Shown here piece by piece: positions 35,731 through 47,900 of a stretch of 64,000 nt of DNA. The notes under the pieces are model-generated. The model ran no database searches, had not been told where the DNA came from, and saw only the letters and a list, made by a program, of their open reading frames with translations. The position numbers and the translations under genes are program-made. Position 1 is the stretch's first letter. Each line of letters opens with the position of its first letter. Source of the DNA: Fimbriosthenelais zetlandica (Eukaryota); the NCBI GenBank assembly GCA_977030845.1, contig OZ365116.1, positions 17,174,001 through 17,238,000 of the forward strand, given 5' to 3'.

Positions 35731-38619
35731 ATGTACCTTCTCTGTGGCTTATGATCAATTCCTCACATCATGCCATAAAATATCCTATATTATCTTCCCC
35801 ATAGCCCGGGTCTTAATCTGTCATACATTCACTCCATGTATGATTGTCATATCTTTTGGCACCTCGGAGCCTTTCCGCAGCGTTAAGGCTCCCACTAATA
35901 ATACATAGAGGCATTATAAGAGTGGGGCAGATTTTGGGAGGCCCCCTGGGAGGCCCTTGAGCTTCAATCAGTCCATGAGGTGGTTTTATCATTGTGACAT
36001 GCACTGATGTTCGCTAATGGATCGCCTCATATACTCTTATCATTTGGCTGCACCAAGCCGATCTCCCTCCGTTTGGCCATCATTCGACACATGTCTAAGT
36101 AGAATCACTTGTTCTTGGTGAAATAACAAATTTTATGCATTGGAAAACAATAAACATTGTACACTATTTCATGAAATATTTAGACAAGTAAATGGGGAGT
36201 TGCTGACAGAAAATCTGCTTAGTATGACCAGGTCTACTGAATAATCAGGCGTGCATAGTGCTGCCTATTAGTGACATGCATAAAATGTGACATGACTTCA
36301 CGCCTTTAACTCTTTGATGGTATATTTCTTCCAGCGGAAATTGACTTCCACTCTTGACATCATTGCATTGTGGAATCTAGCCCATTCTTTATACTATAAG
36401 TATAGTCAATAAGATGGGTTGCCTTGTCACATGTGATTTGTACTGATGTCACATACAATTGATGTCATAAAAGCACATCCCTTCATCGTGGGTGGGTTTT
36501 GCTGGTGTATGGTAGGTTTATTGCTAAATCGGCACTGTTTCTAACCCACATGTGATGCCATTGTTTGTCCTTGGACATTAACATAGCCTGAGGAATTAAA
36601 GGCCATCAAATATTTGCATTATGGATAAGCATTAGCCGCAGGACATAAGTGATTGAGTGAAGATTTAATGATAGATGGTGGATTTCAATCTGACATCTAT
36701 AAATAGCTGATATAAATGATTGCCATTTCAGAACACGATATCTTCCCCGCTGATCAATTAAAGTTCATGGTTTTGCGTTACTTCAGGAATAGCCTATCAA
36801 TCTAAAATGAGCAGTTGTACCTACACAACCCTGCTGAACTAGCAGGATATTTTTACTTTACCCATATGGAGTGAAAGTAGTCTAAGTTACCTTCCTAAGG
36901 GCAAAAACCTTAGCTGTTTTATTGTGATGGACTGGGAAGAGAGTCGGTAATGGTTTGGCCCACAATGTGGTGAGATGCTATAGGGACATCAATATTTTCT
37001 TTCACTGGCCACCTGTAGTCGTCTAGGTCGTCCTATAGACGTCTACCATGTGTTTACCGTGGAACATTTGGACCAGGCCAGCACGGCCACCAACCAAAAC
37101 CAATATTTATACTTACGATAGCTCCCTGTCCCAAATCACATTATTACTTGCCAGGGAAGAGTGACCTCTTCTGGGGACACTCTCCAGCCCTCTGTAAGCT
37201 CTACTGCACCCTTTATCCTATTATCTGTATATCTGTATTTGATTTAATTGCTCTGAATTCAAGAACACGTTAAGAAACGTGAGCTTACCCAATGCTAAAC
37301 AGTTGCCTCGAGCTTAGTCCACTCTATAGAGAAAGAACCAGGTGGCCAATCCTTCTGAATCGTCAGTCTGAGAAGCTTACTTCAGCCGTTTGCCACGGGG
37401 CGTCGCCACTGTATATACATGCACTTAAATCACACAGGTCCCGCCAGACGGCCACGGCCACCAATGATTAGCCAAATCATATAATACGAAACTACATACG
37501 AAATAATACGAAACTATATACGACATTTGCATAGGCATTTCTAAACCTGGATCAGTGGCAGATTGGTTTGTTTACTGGTGTACGAAGTATATGCTACATT
37601 TGGTTTGACAGAACATATATTTAGGCTGGATGAAAGTAGTGTTAGTGTTAGATGTGGTAAGCTTTGAGGTAAAGTGGTCCAAATTTATCTTTCATCATCT
37701 CTGGAAAAGAGGTGTAAATGTCCATGATGTCTGAAGAGATGTCAGAGGAGGGCTGAGTGGGGAAACCAATACCACCTCCCCTCACACAACCTGATAGCTC
37801 CTGTTTTTTAAAGGGAAAAATAAACCAGGGGCAGGAAAAAAACTCTCTCATCGGATGTCTTCATCTTCTGGAGGTTCCGGAGAATAGTGATGACATGTTT
37901 GAGAGACTTTGTAAGAGATACATGAGGCATCTCGTTGCATTCCCAGAGTGAAGGCAGGTCTATGGTATGGAATGGCTGGGTGTATGTAAGACAAGCTCTA
38001 TATTCACCCTGCTCTCTAAGTACATGGCAGACCCCTGTTTACCTCCTGGTCCAGCCACCCAGGTAAACATGAAAGCTTGTATTCCACAGCTCAGTGATGA
38101 ATGTTAGGTGCTCTATGGTCGTCATTTAGGTGGGTCACTCCTCTAACTGACTCATTATACCTCGTTCTGTCTGTATTGGGCTGTTAGAGAGGCTGCTAAC
38201 AGACGAGGAGGTGACGAGGTGCAGGGTTAAAGAGCCCAGATAATGAGCTAGACTACTGAAAGTGGTGCAAATACACAAAGTGCTTTCCATTGTGAAAGCA
38301 CCTAGCAATTTGTACCTGTAAAAGATGCTTATCTCCACCAAACTCTCCCAGTCAAGGTTGAAATGAGTGAGCATTTTTTTCGGGATCTGTTAATTTGCTA
38401 TAAGAGAGAGTTCTCGTGTAACTGATAAGAAGGTACGGTATGGTTATAGAGTAACTAGATTATGGTTCTCTTCTGATAAGGGTGTATTCTCCAGGGTGAC
38501 CCTATCACTCATATCACCATTCACCTGTGCCAATCTGCCTTGTCAGCATCTTTTCCACATATATACTGCATGCCTCTAGGTACTCTACCAATGGCTCTGT
38601 AGTCCACGATGGGGCTAAC

Positions 38620-38740
38620 ATATTGAACACTACTGGACCAGACTTTCACCAATATTCCCTCTGCAGACTTTCCATCTCAGACTGTTGCCCCAGCCTTTTA
38701 CCTATATTGGTAAATTCCTGGTTGGAAGTTCAATCACATT
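38620..38740 (+). mobile_element. Possible short LINE RT fragment, sense orientation
   Basis: LNTTGPD..DCCPSLLPILVNSWLE resembles K(A)TGPD.I..R.LKECA.SLAPIL..LFN.SL. Confidence 0.35.
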
Positions 38741-41700
38741 CAGGCCCTGCTGCTCATGCGCACTGAATATCAAAATGATCAATACCGGAAGTAGGCTAGC
38801 TCAAGAGGATTACTAGGAATCCCATAGTATTGGTGAATTTGGACCGAACGTCTTCGGTGGTCAATGTGAGAAATTGAATATTCTTTCTAGGAAAAAACAC
38901 AGATGCTAGTCTAGATGCTTTCAATCGACGCATTCTCCATCTTGTCAGAATGTAATTTATTACTTACAGATTCACATTTCCCTGACAGATTCCTCGATGG
39001 TACATTCCCAATTCAAAGTTCCTAATAAAAATACCCACATATTGTTCCTTTAGGGTCCCATCTTAAAGTTTACAGAAAATATACCTCCGAAATATCACTT
39101 GCAGGATCTGGGAGCAGGATTGAAGCTGTTATCTGTGAGAGGGTTGGGTTGAGCGTCTATCAGCTGAGACCACTTAGTGAGAGGTATGGTGGAGGGAGAC
39201 TGTGGCCACAGCTGAGACCAGCCTGCCACCATCCTTCCTACAAGCCCCAGGCCTTAATTAAGCTTCTGTTTGTATTCCCATTCTATGAGCAACATTAGAG
39301 GCAGTGTGTAGACCACCCCTAATCATGGCCTCTACTAGCTTTATATGGCCTCCCAGTACTAAAACTTCACTCACTACATTAGACATAAAGTGCTCTTTTA
39401 TTGTGTGATTCACTATTGTGTGTTTTAATGTACTGTGGTGGTCGTATTACTTTCTCTTCAGTACTTGTATAATTACATTGTTACTTATTTAAATGGGTAT
39501 TTTATTGGAAATCCTGTTCAGTACAACATGAGACAAGTCAGAAAGTAAATGTACCGTATAATACCAGTGGCTAGCGTTGCCTTCTCCCCTGTCAGATGTA
39601 TTTAATATGCGGTCTCTGAGAAAAGGAGAATCCCATTCATTTTCATTCTGTGCAGCCAGGATTTGTTTAAATGCTTTTTAAGAGGATTTTGGTGGATGTC
39701 TCGTTTTTCGAGGGGATTTTAAAAGGCTGTGGGGAGTGGCAAAGACAAAGTCCACCTGGGCCTGCGACCTGTTCCCAATGTTTCCAAGGTCAGAATGTGA
39801 ATGAGAGACTATAGCAGCTAGCTCACTGCCTCTACACCACCTCCAACACCAACACCACTCCCTCAATCTCTCACTGGTACATCACATGGCTTACATTCAC
39901 CCATCCATCCAAAACTCATCTCTTCAAACCTGGTTTTCTCAGCCAGTTTTTTTCAACAACCAGACACCATGGAGTATTTAGTGTTCATTGAACATGATGA
40001 CTTACTTTGGGGTCTGGATTTAGCCTGCAAATCCAGCTTAGTAAAAAGATAAAGGGATAGAGTTCACCCATTCACCAGCCCCTGTACTCCCTGAGCTTGT
40101 TTCCACTGGATTACCATTGGATTACCATTGGAATGTATCCATGGAGCACAAGGGTAAGGAGTTACTTTACAAATGGTGAGGGATAACACTCCTCGTGATT
40201 AGAACCTTTCCCCCGAGGCTCCTAACTCCCAACAACCTCCTGTCAAACCGAGTGTGAAATAATGACCAGGCTATACATCTAGATCTATTACATGTCTTTT
40301 TCTTCATTCCATATGTCAGTTTTTTCACGGCTAACAAGAGTGCTTTTAGATAGATCACTAAAGGTAAAATAGTATAACAAAAGTACAGTTTTTCTTTCGA
40401 TATTATTGCTATAGGAATTCAAATCTTACGCCTTGGGATAAAAGTATATGATCACTTTTTTCCAGGACCGTACTTTGTTCCAATACAAGACCAATGCATA
40501 ATATTATTCCTATCCCTCTCCTGTCTCCTACCAATTATGTCTAGTGTTGAGGACATGCCATCCTCCCTGATGTTGAGATCATTTTCTGGTCCTCTGCTCC
40601 TGCCACCAGCACAGTTACCTGGACTGAGCCATGACCATGCATGGTGTATAATATGTGAGTGTGGGCGGATCTACATGGATCTATATAGATGAGCTGGTCA
40701 CTCGGTGGCCTGGGTCTTATGTTCCACCCAGTCTGTTTGTCTATAATAGATCTAGTCCTCTCTTGTATGGAGGGATCATAACTCTGTCTGCCTCCTAATC
40801 CACTTCTCAAGGCTCTCTTTCACTATCCAATAGCTGGAGGGTCTGGATTGGGAGCCTGAGGCATCTGGCATAGAGGGAAATATGACTGTTACACATTAAC
40901 TTGGCTATAACATATGACATCTATTGAAACGAATCTGAGTTAGTGGAACACCCCCAAGAATGAGTTAAATGTTCCAGTGTATACGTGCATGTATTATGTT
41001 GATGATTTTCTCATCCTCGACGAATGATTGAACGATTGTTCTAGATCTAGAAGCTGTCTGTCTGTCACTCTGATGTTCAATAGTCATGTTTGACGGGTTT
41101 ACTGGGAGCTGTGCAGCACCATACCCAGCTTACCTGCCAGGTGTAATCAAGCTACCTTTCTCAGGTGCTCTACCAGTTGCCCCTCCTCCTCCAGCTCTAA
41201 CTCACCAGGTATCATCACCCAACCTGCCAGTGTTAACCCTACCTCCTCCTGGCCTGGAGAATAATAATACACCAGGCTCAGATGATGTATATTACAAGGC
41301 CTACTGCTTCTGGGAATGAACTTGATATATAGCTTAGTCTTGAGGGGTATACCTGGTGAAAAAAGTGGGCCAGGTGATTGGGATTCTATGGTTCATTTGT
41401 CTTCTGAGGTTACCTATATTTTACTCTTTCATGCAGCATTATATGTGATTCTTTTACTACATTTTACAAATAAAATTTCATTATATTGTGGTTGAGTAAA
41501 GATATATATTAATGGCTCAGTCATAAATATGTCAGGGGAGTTCTATATGTATTGTAACGGCGCCATTTTTGCCTGATGAAACACGCGCATTAAGAGGAGC
41601 GGAAAGTGTTTTACTCTCGCCATACATGTCAGTGTTTGACAGGCCAGCCTGCCCTCTAGTAGTATATACATGGCTGGTAGTAGACATGAAGCATAGGTTG

Positions 41701-43139
41701 CCAGTTGGCCTGCCTGGAGGCTGGAGGCAGGAGCAGAGTGATAGAAAGATGATGTGAGAGAGCTGGTCTGAGTTTCTGATCTCCTCACTCTGGCAGCATA
41801 TCAACTGCTGGCTTTTCCTCCTGCACGAGCAGCTCAGACTCCATACTATAGATTGGGAACTGCTCTCCACCATCTCCTTCCTCCTGCCTCCCTCTCTCCA
41901 CACTCCATGTCCCCCTCTCTTGCAGTAGTGTTTCGCTTGCCCGCATTCGGCTTCAACTGGTGCTGTTGCGCGAACCGATAGCTGCCGATAGTACAATTGC
42001 TGGCTGGCTGCTCAGCCTGCTCATCTACACTGCTCGCTGGAGCTGCTTGTTGGCAGCTTGTATGGGGGAGCAGGAGCAGGAGAATAACTCCCACTACAAC
42101 AACCCTCCATCCTCCTATCACAACAACCTCTACTTCTCATCCTCATTCATTACCAATGTGCTCAGCTTGGAGATCTGCTAGACTTGGCTGCGGATCATTG
42201 GCCTCAGGATCCATTATTGTTAAGGCCTGTAGACGAGGTATAGTTGGGGTGGGTCTGGTGCACCCCTGTCTTTCTGCTTGGATGTTGCTGCCATGATGGG
42301 AGGAAACCCGGGTCTTGGTGCTTGCGAGGACACAACGAGGACAAACGGGTGACCATGCTGTCTAAGAGAAGGTGGAAGACAAACCTCTTATATCATCGTA
42401 TAACTCTATCACAGGTCTGCTATAGTATCTCTACCACACCAGTGGGAGCCATTCATATTCAGGGGACCTAAATACCATAGAAGGTCCAGGACAGGGAAGA
42501 TAGGATCACGAGAGCCTTTTACTATTGGTGGCTATGGATATAAAGCTGGATTGGAGCCACAGCTGGTTGGATCTATCGAATGTGGGTCTAGATATACACT
42601 GTGTCCCATATGCCTATCGTGGCTTGGTTTAGTTGGATGAGGAAATCTTATAGTGTCTTTCTCAAGATTGATCTGTTGCTCCAATTTGAGGTGCTGCATG
42701 ACTGTCACTTATAACATGAGATATATACCAGCTCAGTGTGAAGGTAATCTAATTCCTGATCCATCAAATCCATCATAAAGCAACACCCAATGGATCACCA
42801 ATCATTGCTCACATCAAAGGATGGAGATAATCTAATCGGTCAACTTAATGCATGAAAATACCACCCAGTGGATCAGCGGTGCTGCCAGACTCCCCCTCTC
42901 ACTTCCCTTGCCCACAGTTGTCTATGATACATTTCGGTATATCCCATTACCCGCCTGTTAAACCTCTACCTACTCACTCCGTGGGAAAAATGGCATCAAT
43001 GTCCTGGGAACGTCTCTCTTAGATCCCCCATCACTATCCCATATCTCTCTGATGTTCACATATTGCCATCATCCTATTCATTTTCTGGTCTTTTATCAGA
43101 CTTGACAATGCCATATAGGTCTGTCTATTAAAAGCCCTG

Positions 43140-43380
43140 GTCCCTGGAATATACTTTCTTGTAATTTCCAAAGGGAAGGATGCGGTATTTTTTGACAGAT
43201 TTACCTGTCATCGCCTTAAAGGATGCCCAAGGATGGGAAGGGAAAAGCCCTGGCAGTGTGATTGCTTGGCAAATATTGCATTTCAGGTGGATCTTAGGGA
43301 GGCCAATTTCCTTTGAAGATGGCGTTCCAATATTTGAAGCACCCACCGCTGGCTTGTTAATGGGCAAGGAAACCCCCATC
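43140..43380 (-). mobile_element. Decayed LINE RT N-terminal fragment
   Basis: LPINKPAVGASNI..KEIG..CNIC..GLFPSHPW..GNYK resembles LP.NKA.GPDNI..KEI..IFN.S..G.FP..WK..NYRPIS. Confidence 0.45.
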
Positions 43381-44439
43381 CTCCAAGGATGAGGCCAGCG
43401 TATTTATATCACATCACAGCTTTCTTTGAACCCTATATAACTGTTCGATATAAAAAGAGACTGGACCTTTATGAATTTTGTGGTGTTTGAAATACTGTTT
43501 GCTCAGTTTATCATTGCATTGATAAATCTATGTCTCACACAGGATATTTCTTCTTAGATCTTGTGATCTGAGTTACTATGATGTTTAAGGCAATCCCTCC
43601 ACCTCCGCTAGTAGCCAGCCATCAGTTCCTGCATCTTGATATTTATCATTTGCTCCCACCTTGGATTATTGACGCACAAACATACAGGCAAGAGGTGGAG
43701 TAAGAAACGTCAAGATTTAACATGACATCATGGTGCTGGCCCACTAACAGGCCTTGTGTTATACGTGTACCACGTGACAAATCCTATCTCACTGAGATGT
43801 TAATGGTGCAGGCCTGACAGAGGCAGGCCTTGCGTGTGGGAAAGGTACACACACATACAGATCTCTGTGACTTAATGCATTATTAAATAAAACGAATCAC
43901 TAATATGATCATAAAAGCATGGGATCTCTTATCAAGCTTGGCATCCTATACGTTTGTGATAAAATTACTTACACAGTCATGTAACAAACGTTGGTTTGTG
44001 TCTAGATACATGAGATAAAATGGCTTTATGCCATGGTTTATATGATATTTCACACAGATGTGATATTGTTTGGTCAATAGTTCTGTGTTTTCCTGCAAAA
44101 TGATCGTGATGTGAGGATGAATTACAGATGGTTTGGCTTCATTTTCACAGGAAATTCTAAATATGGAACACCATTCCACGGCCTTGGTGATACTGAATAC
44201 CGGTGATGGTTCATACAACCTTCACTATGCTGGAGAGGTAAAAACACAGCCCTAACCCCGCCTCTCTGTGTAAACCAATCATTAGGCGGGCGAAGGAGAA
44301 GAAAGGATGCTGGCAGCTAGATATAGTGAAATGAAAATGGCATTCTTGAATACAAACCTCTTATAGTGCTATGTGCACGGGTGCAGGCAGTTTTTGTGTA
44401 GGCAGATTTGCACACAGTGTTGCTGGACGATCTGGGAAG

Positions 44440-44900
44440 CCTAGGCCATGTTGAATCACTATATTGATGATACTGCTCCACTTACTTCTGGAGGAGAATT
44501 GAAGATTGTGGAGAAGAGACAGTTGTTACCATGGAGAACAATCTGAAATCCAAAACCACTGGTGCTCTTATAGGCACCTGTTGCGGATGGGTACAGGTAA
44601 GACGGTCACATAGATCTATCATTGACGTTTTATACCTATAAAAGCAGCATACATTTGTATCCCTTCTCTTCAAAAGATCCTTCCTATCTTACTTTTAAAT
44701 CTATTGCTGATTATTGGATTGACTCTCAAAATTGAGAACATTTTTGAAGATAAAAATGTTTTATGTTCTGTTTTGAGGTTTTCACTTTCCACAATTCCAA
44801 CAATTTCATTAGCTATATCTTATCACACCGTCCTTCAATGCGACTACTTCCTACTCTATGAAAGCCCGGGCAGTCACACTGGCCTTGCTTCAAATGACAG
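44440..44900 (-). mobile_element. Decayed LINE RT fragment
   Basis: TSMIDLCDRLT..VVLDFRLFSMV..SILLQK*VEQY closely follows STSMA..DLVDKI..VFLDF.KAFDTV.HSILL.KLE.YG. Confidence 0.6.
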
Positions 44901-47900
44901 CTTATGTTGGCTGTGATGAAAAATGCTCATTTCACGGACATCTCTCTGTCAGTTGGGAGGAGCCTCTTATGTACTCCTATCACCCCAGCAGAGACCACCT
45001 GGGACCCTGCCTGCTTGCCTCTCACTGGGGATTCAGATTGCCTTGTCTAACCGATTGCCTCGTGACAACTACACATTTTCCCTCTCCTTTTCCCTACTGG
45101 AGTAATACTGACAGAAAATGAAGGGTGAAGCATATAGCCAATAACATAGCCAAGTATACATGTCACATTGATAGAAACACAATAACGGCCCGGCTCAATC
45201 ATATATGACTTGTAAAGGTGCATTCCCCATCATTTTGTATCGTACTTGATGATTCATATCGCTCATTCTTCAGACTTGTAATATGAAGTTCATTTCGGAA
45301 GCACCAGCAGAAAACATTCTAAATGGAAAAAGGGGAAGAACTCCTTCGGTTCTCTGAAAGGGGTGTCCATTTCACAAAACCATGGTTGAGTTTTGTGTGA
45401 GGTTTGGAGAAGTCTTGCTTCATGTAAGAGTATAGTGAATCAGTGATGGCTTGAAGGTAGAGGAAGCCAGCGAGTCACTCATCTCCCTGATGGACGAGCT
45501 TGAGGACGCCACCTGTCGACTGGGGTCAATCCAATATGAGGGTCAGGTCATGAATATCTGTAAATCCCGGGGAGAGGGTATAATCAGGGGAGATGGGGAT
45601 GGACGTGGATACTGTCAAGGTGCATAGATTACTGCGGATTAACCCAGGTAGTCTGTGTTAGCTTTCAAATATTACCCCAGGATCTCCTAAATCACTAATG
45701 TAAAGTATTTCCATGATATGGAGGTCTGGTTACAATATTTAGTAAGTGTAAGTAGGGTTGTAGAGGTGGTTAATCTGGGAAGCCTTACTGGAGGCATTAT
45801 ACATCCTGGAGGAGCAGCCACGCAGCTTTCCTCCAGGCCATCCTGGCTATCCTCGTCATGCTAGACCTCGTACTCAGGCTGATAGCACGTAATCCGGGTC
45901 AATACTGTGGCCTCCAGCAGCAGGAATTAGATCTTGGAGCATGATGTGACTCCCTTCACAGACTAGCTTCATTTTACCCTGGCCGGAGCCGCTCAGCCCC
46001 GGCCAGAGTGGCTCAGAGTGGATTGGTGACAAGCTCTCTATACGGTCTGTCTTTGATGCATAGTTGAGTTCAGGGAGTGGGCTTTAGACTGGAAGAATTT
46101 GATTTCAAAGTGTGTTAGTTGATTTCAACTAAAACCTGACTTTCAATCTCAACGAGGTGGATATATATCGTTAATAAATTATGGTTTCAATTGGAGCTGA
46201 ATTCACTATTGGTGAAGACATTGCAGGGAATCGATGTTTGTGTGGGGCTAAATGGTAGATAGAGCCTGTGTGTTGGTTATCAATCATGAATGGCCTTTCA
46301 TTGTGGTAAGAGGAACTATTATGTCTCTTTGATGTCCATTGAATTAGAATGAAATATTCCATTCTCCGCTTGGCAGTGCACCGCAATCTCCCCATGTACA
46401 AACATGATTAATGTGCACATGCAGAGCAATGTTTGTTTTTTAAATTGATTTCTCTCCCTACCCTTGAGAGCGCCATGTTTTTCTTTTCCAACCATTAGTG
46501 AATCAGTGTGCACCCCATGTTCTCAATTAAACACGCGTTTGGATTAGGCACATGGGTGTGTTGACTGCCTTAAATGCTTTGTTCCTATCTCACAGAAAGG
46601 ACGGATGATGTATAAGGGGGGAAGTGCACTCAAAACCCTGTGAACACTCCTCTCTCTGCTCAAGCCATTTTTCTCTGTTCAGCTTCCGAGTGAGTAGTGA
46701 TGAGAGGTGAAGAATGAAAACCCGACCGCTCTGCCTTGCCAAGTAGGTCTATAAACTGAGGAAAAATGTTTCTCGGGAGCCCTAAGGCATGTAACTTAAT
46801 GTACATGATGAAAGAGGGGTGGTTAAAAACAGGATAAGAGAATGAGGACACTTGCATATCTCCTACTATAGGTGCCCTTTATATGTGTATAATCTAGCAG
46901 GTTTGGGTGCTATATGAGATTATTTCGCTTGTTGCGTGATTAACTTTAAATGAAGTACATGCCTGAGAAGAAAAGCTGCACGAGTGTGGCGTGAGGATTA
47001 ATCTACAGGATGTCTGAGAGTCACTCGGGTGGAGTTGATCTGAGAAAAAATACTAAAATATAGTACTATACATTCACAATAGACCCTACATATGAGCCCA
47101 AAGGATTGATCTTTACAAAAAGGGCTATATCAATCAATTACTTTCATAATTACCATCTAATATGCCAATCCGGGTTTGAGTATGTATTAACATTTTTCAC
47201 TTAATTCAGTTGTCAGGTGGTAATCATCTGAACATATGGATATATAGGACCCCAAGAACCTGTACCAGGAAGACTCCCATCAAAAGAGCATTACTCGCAG
47301 AGTTTATCCTAAAAACTATTTCTCTCACGCAAAAAATGCTGTCAAGAGGAAGTGTTTTTGACTAAGCATATCCAGGTGTGTTTGAGTTGGTGTCTGCTCA
47401 TGACATCTGACCTTCACATCCTTCTTTCTCCAGCCGTCCATCATTCCTGGTGTGTCCTACCGTGCACGGCAATGGTGGCACCATCTACACAAGGAGTCAA
47501 TGTGAAATATTACAGGAGCCTGAGGAACCTGGCTAGCATTCTGGCTGCTTGCCTTGGCAGCTCACATGTTAAGGAATTTTGAGGGTATGTCTCTATTGAA
47601 AGACCCCAGCTTTGAGAGACCCGACAGTTGGGAGACTGATTCGAGAGAAGAAAGTGAGCAAAAATGCCAATGCTTAGAGTAACTCAGTAGGGTGCTCGGC
47701 GAGCAGATGGGACTTGTGTGTTGTAAGTGCAACTAACTCGCCTAAATGGTATTTACATACTAAGTGCGGACTACATGTAGTTTTTTGCCACTCCAGACAG
47801 GCATGTTAAGCATTTTTTCACCTGACATACACAATGCACGTTTGCTTTTTGTGCTAATTTGTTAATACCTGGCCTGCTGTGTTAGTATTGGCTTAGGGAA

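Noticed and set aside
41572-41612. CTGATGA followed by a hairpin, possible hammerhead ribozyme
   Set aside because: The GAAA lies inside the aaacac/gtgttt stem rather than after it, so the catalytic core geometry is wrong.
45460-46006. Coding-looking stretch EEASESLISLMDELEDA... and a GC hairpin at 45979-46006
   Set aside because: No usable acceptor, stops close on both sides, and no family match; the hairpin alone is not informative.
46683-46689. Microexon-like ttttctctgttcag|CTTCCGA|gtgagt
   Set aside because: 7 nt is not frame-preserving. Together with 32537-32549 (13 nt) and 9831-9858 (28 nt), it shows that such splice-signal pairs arise by chance, which is why the in-frame candidates get modest scores.
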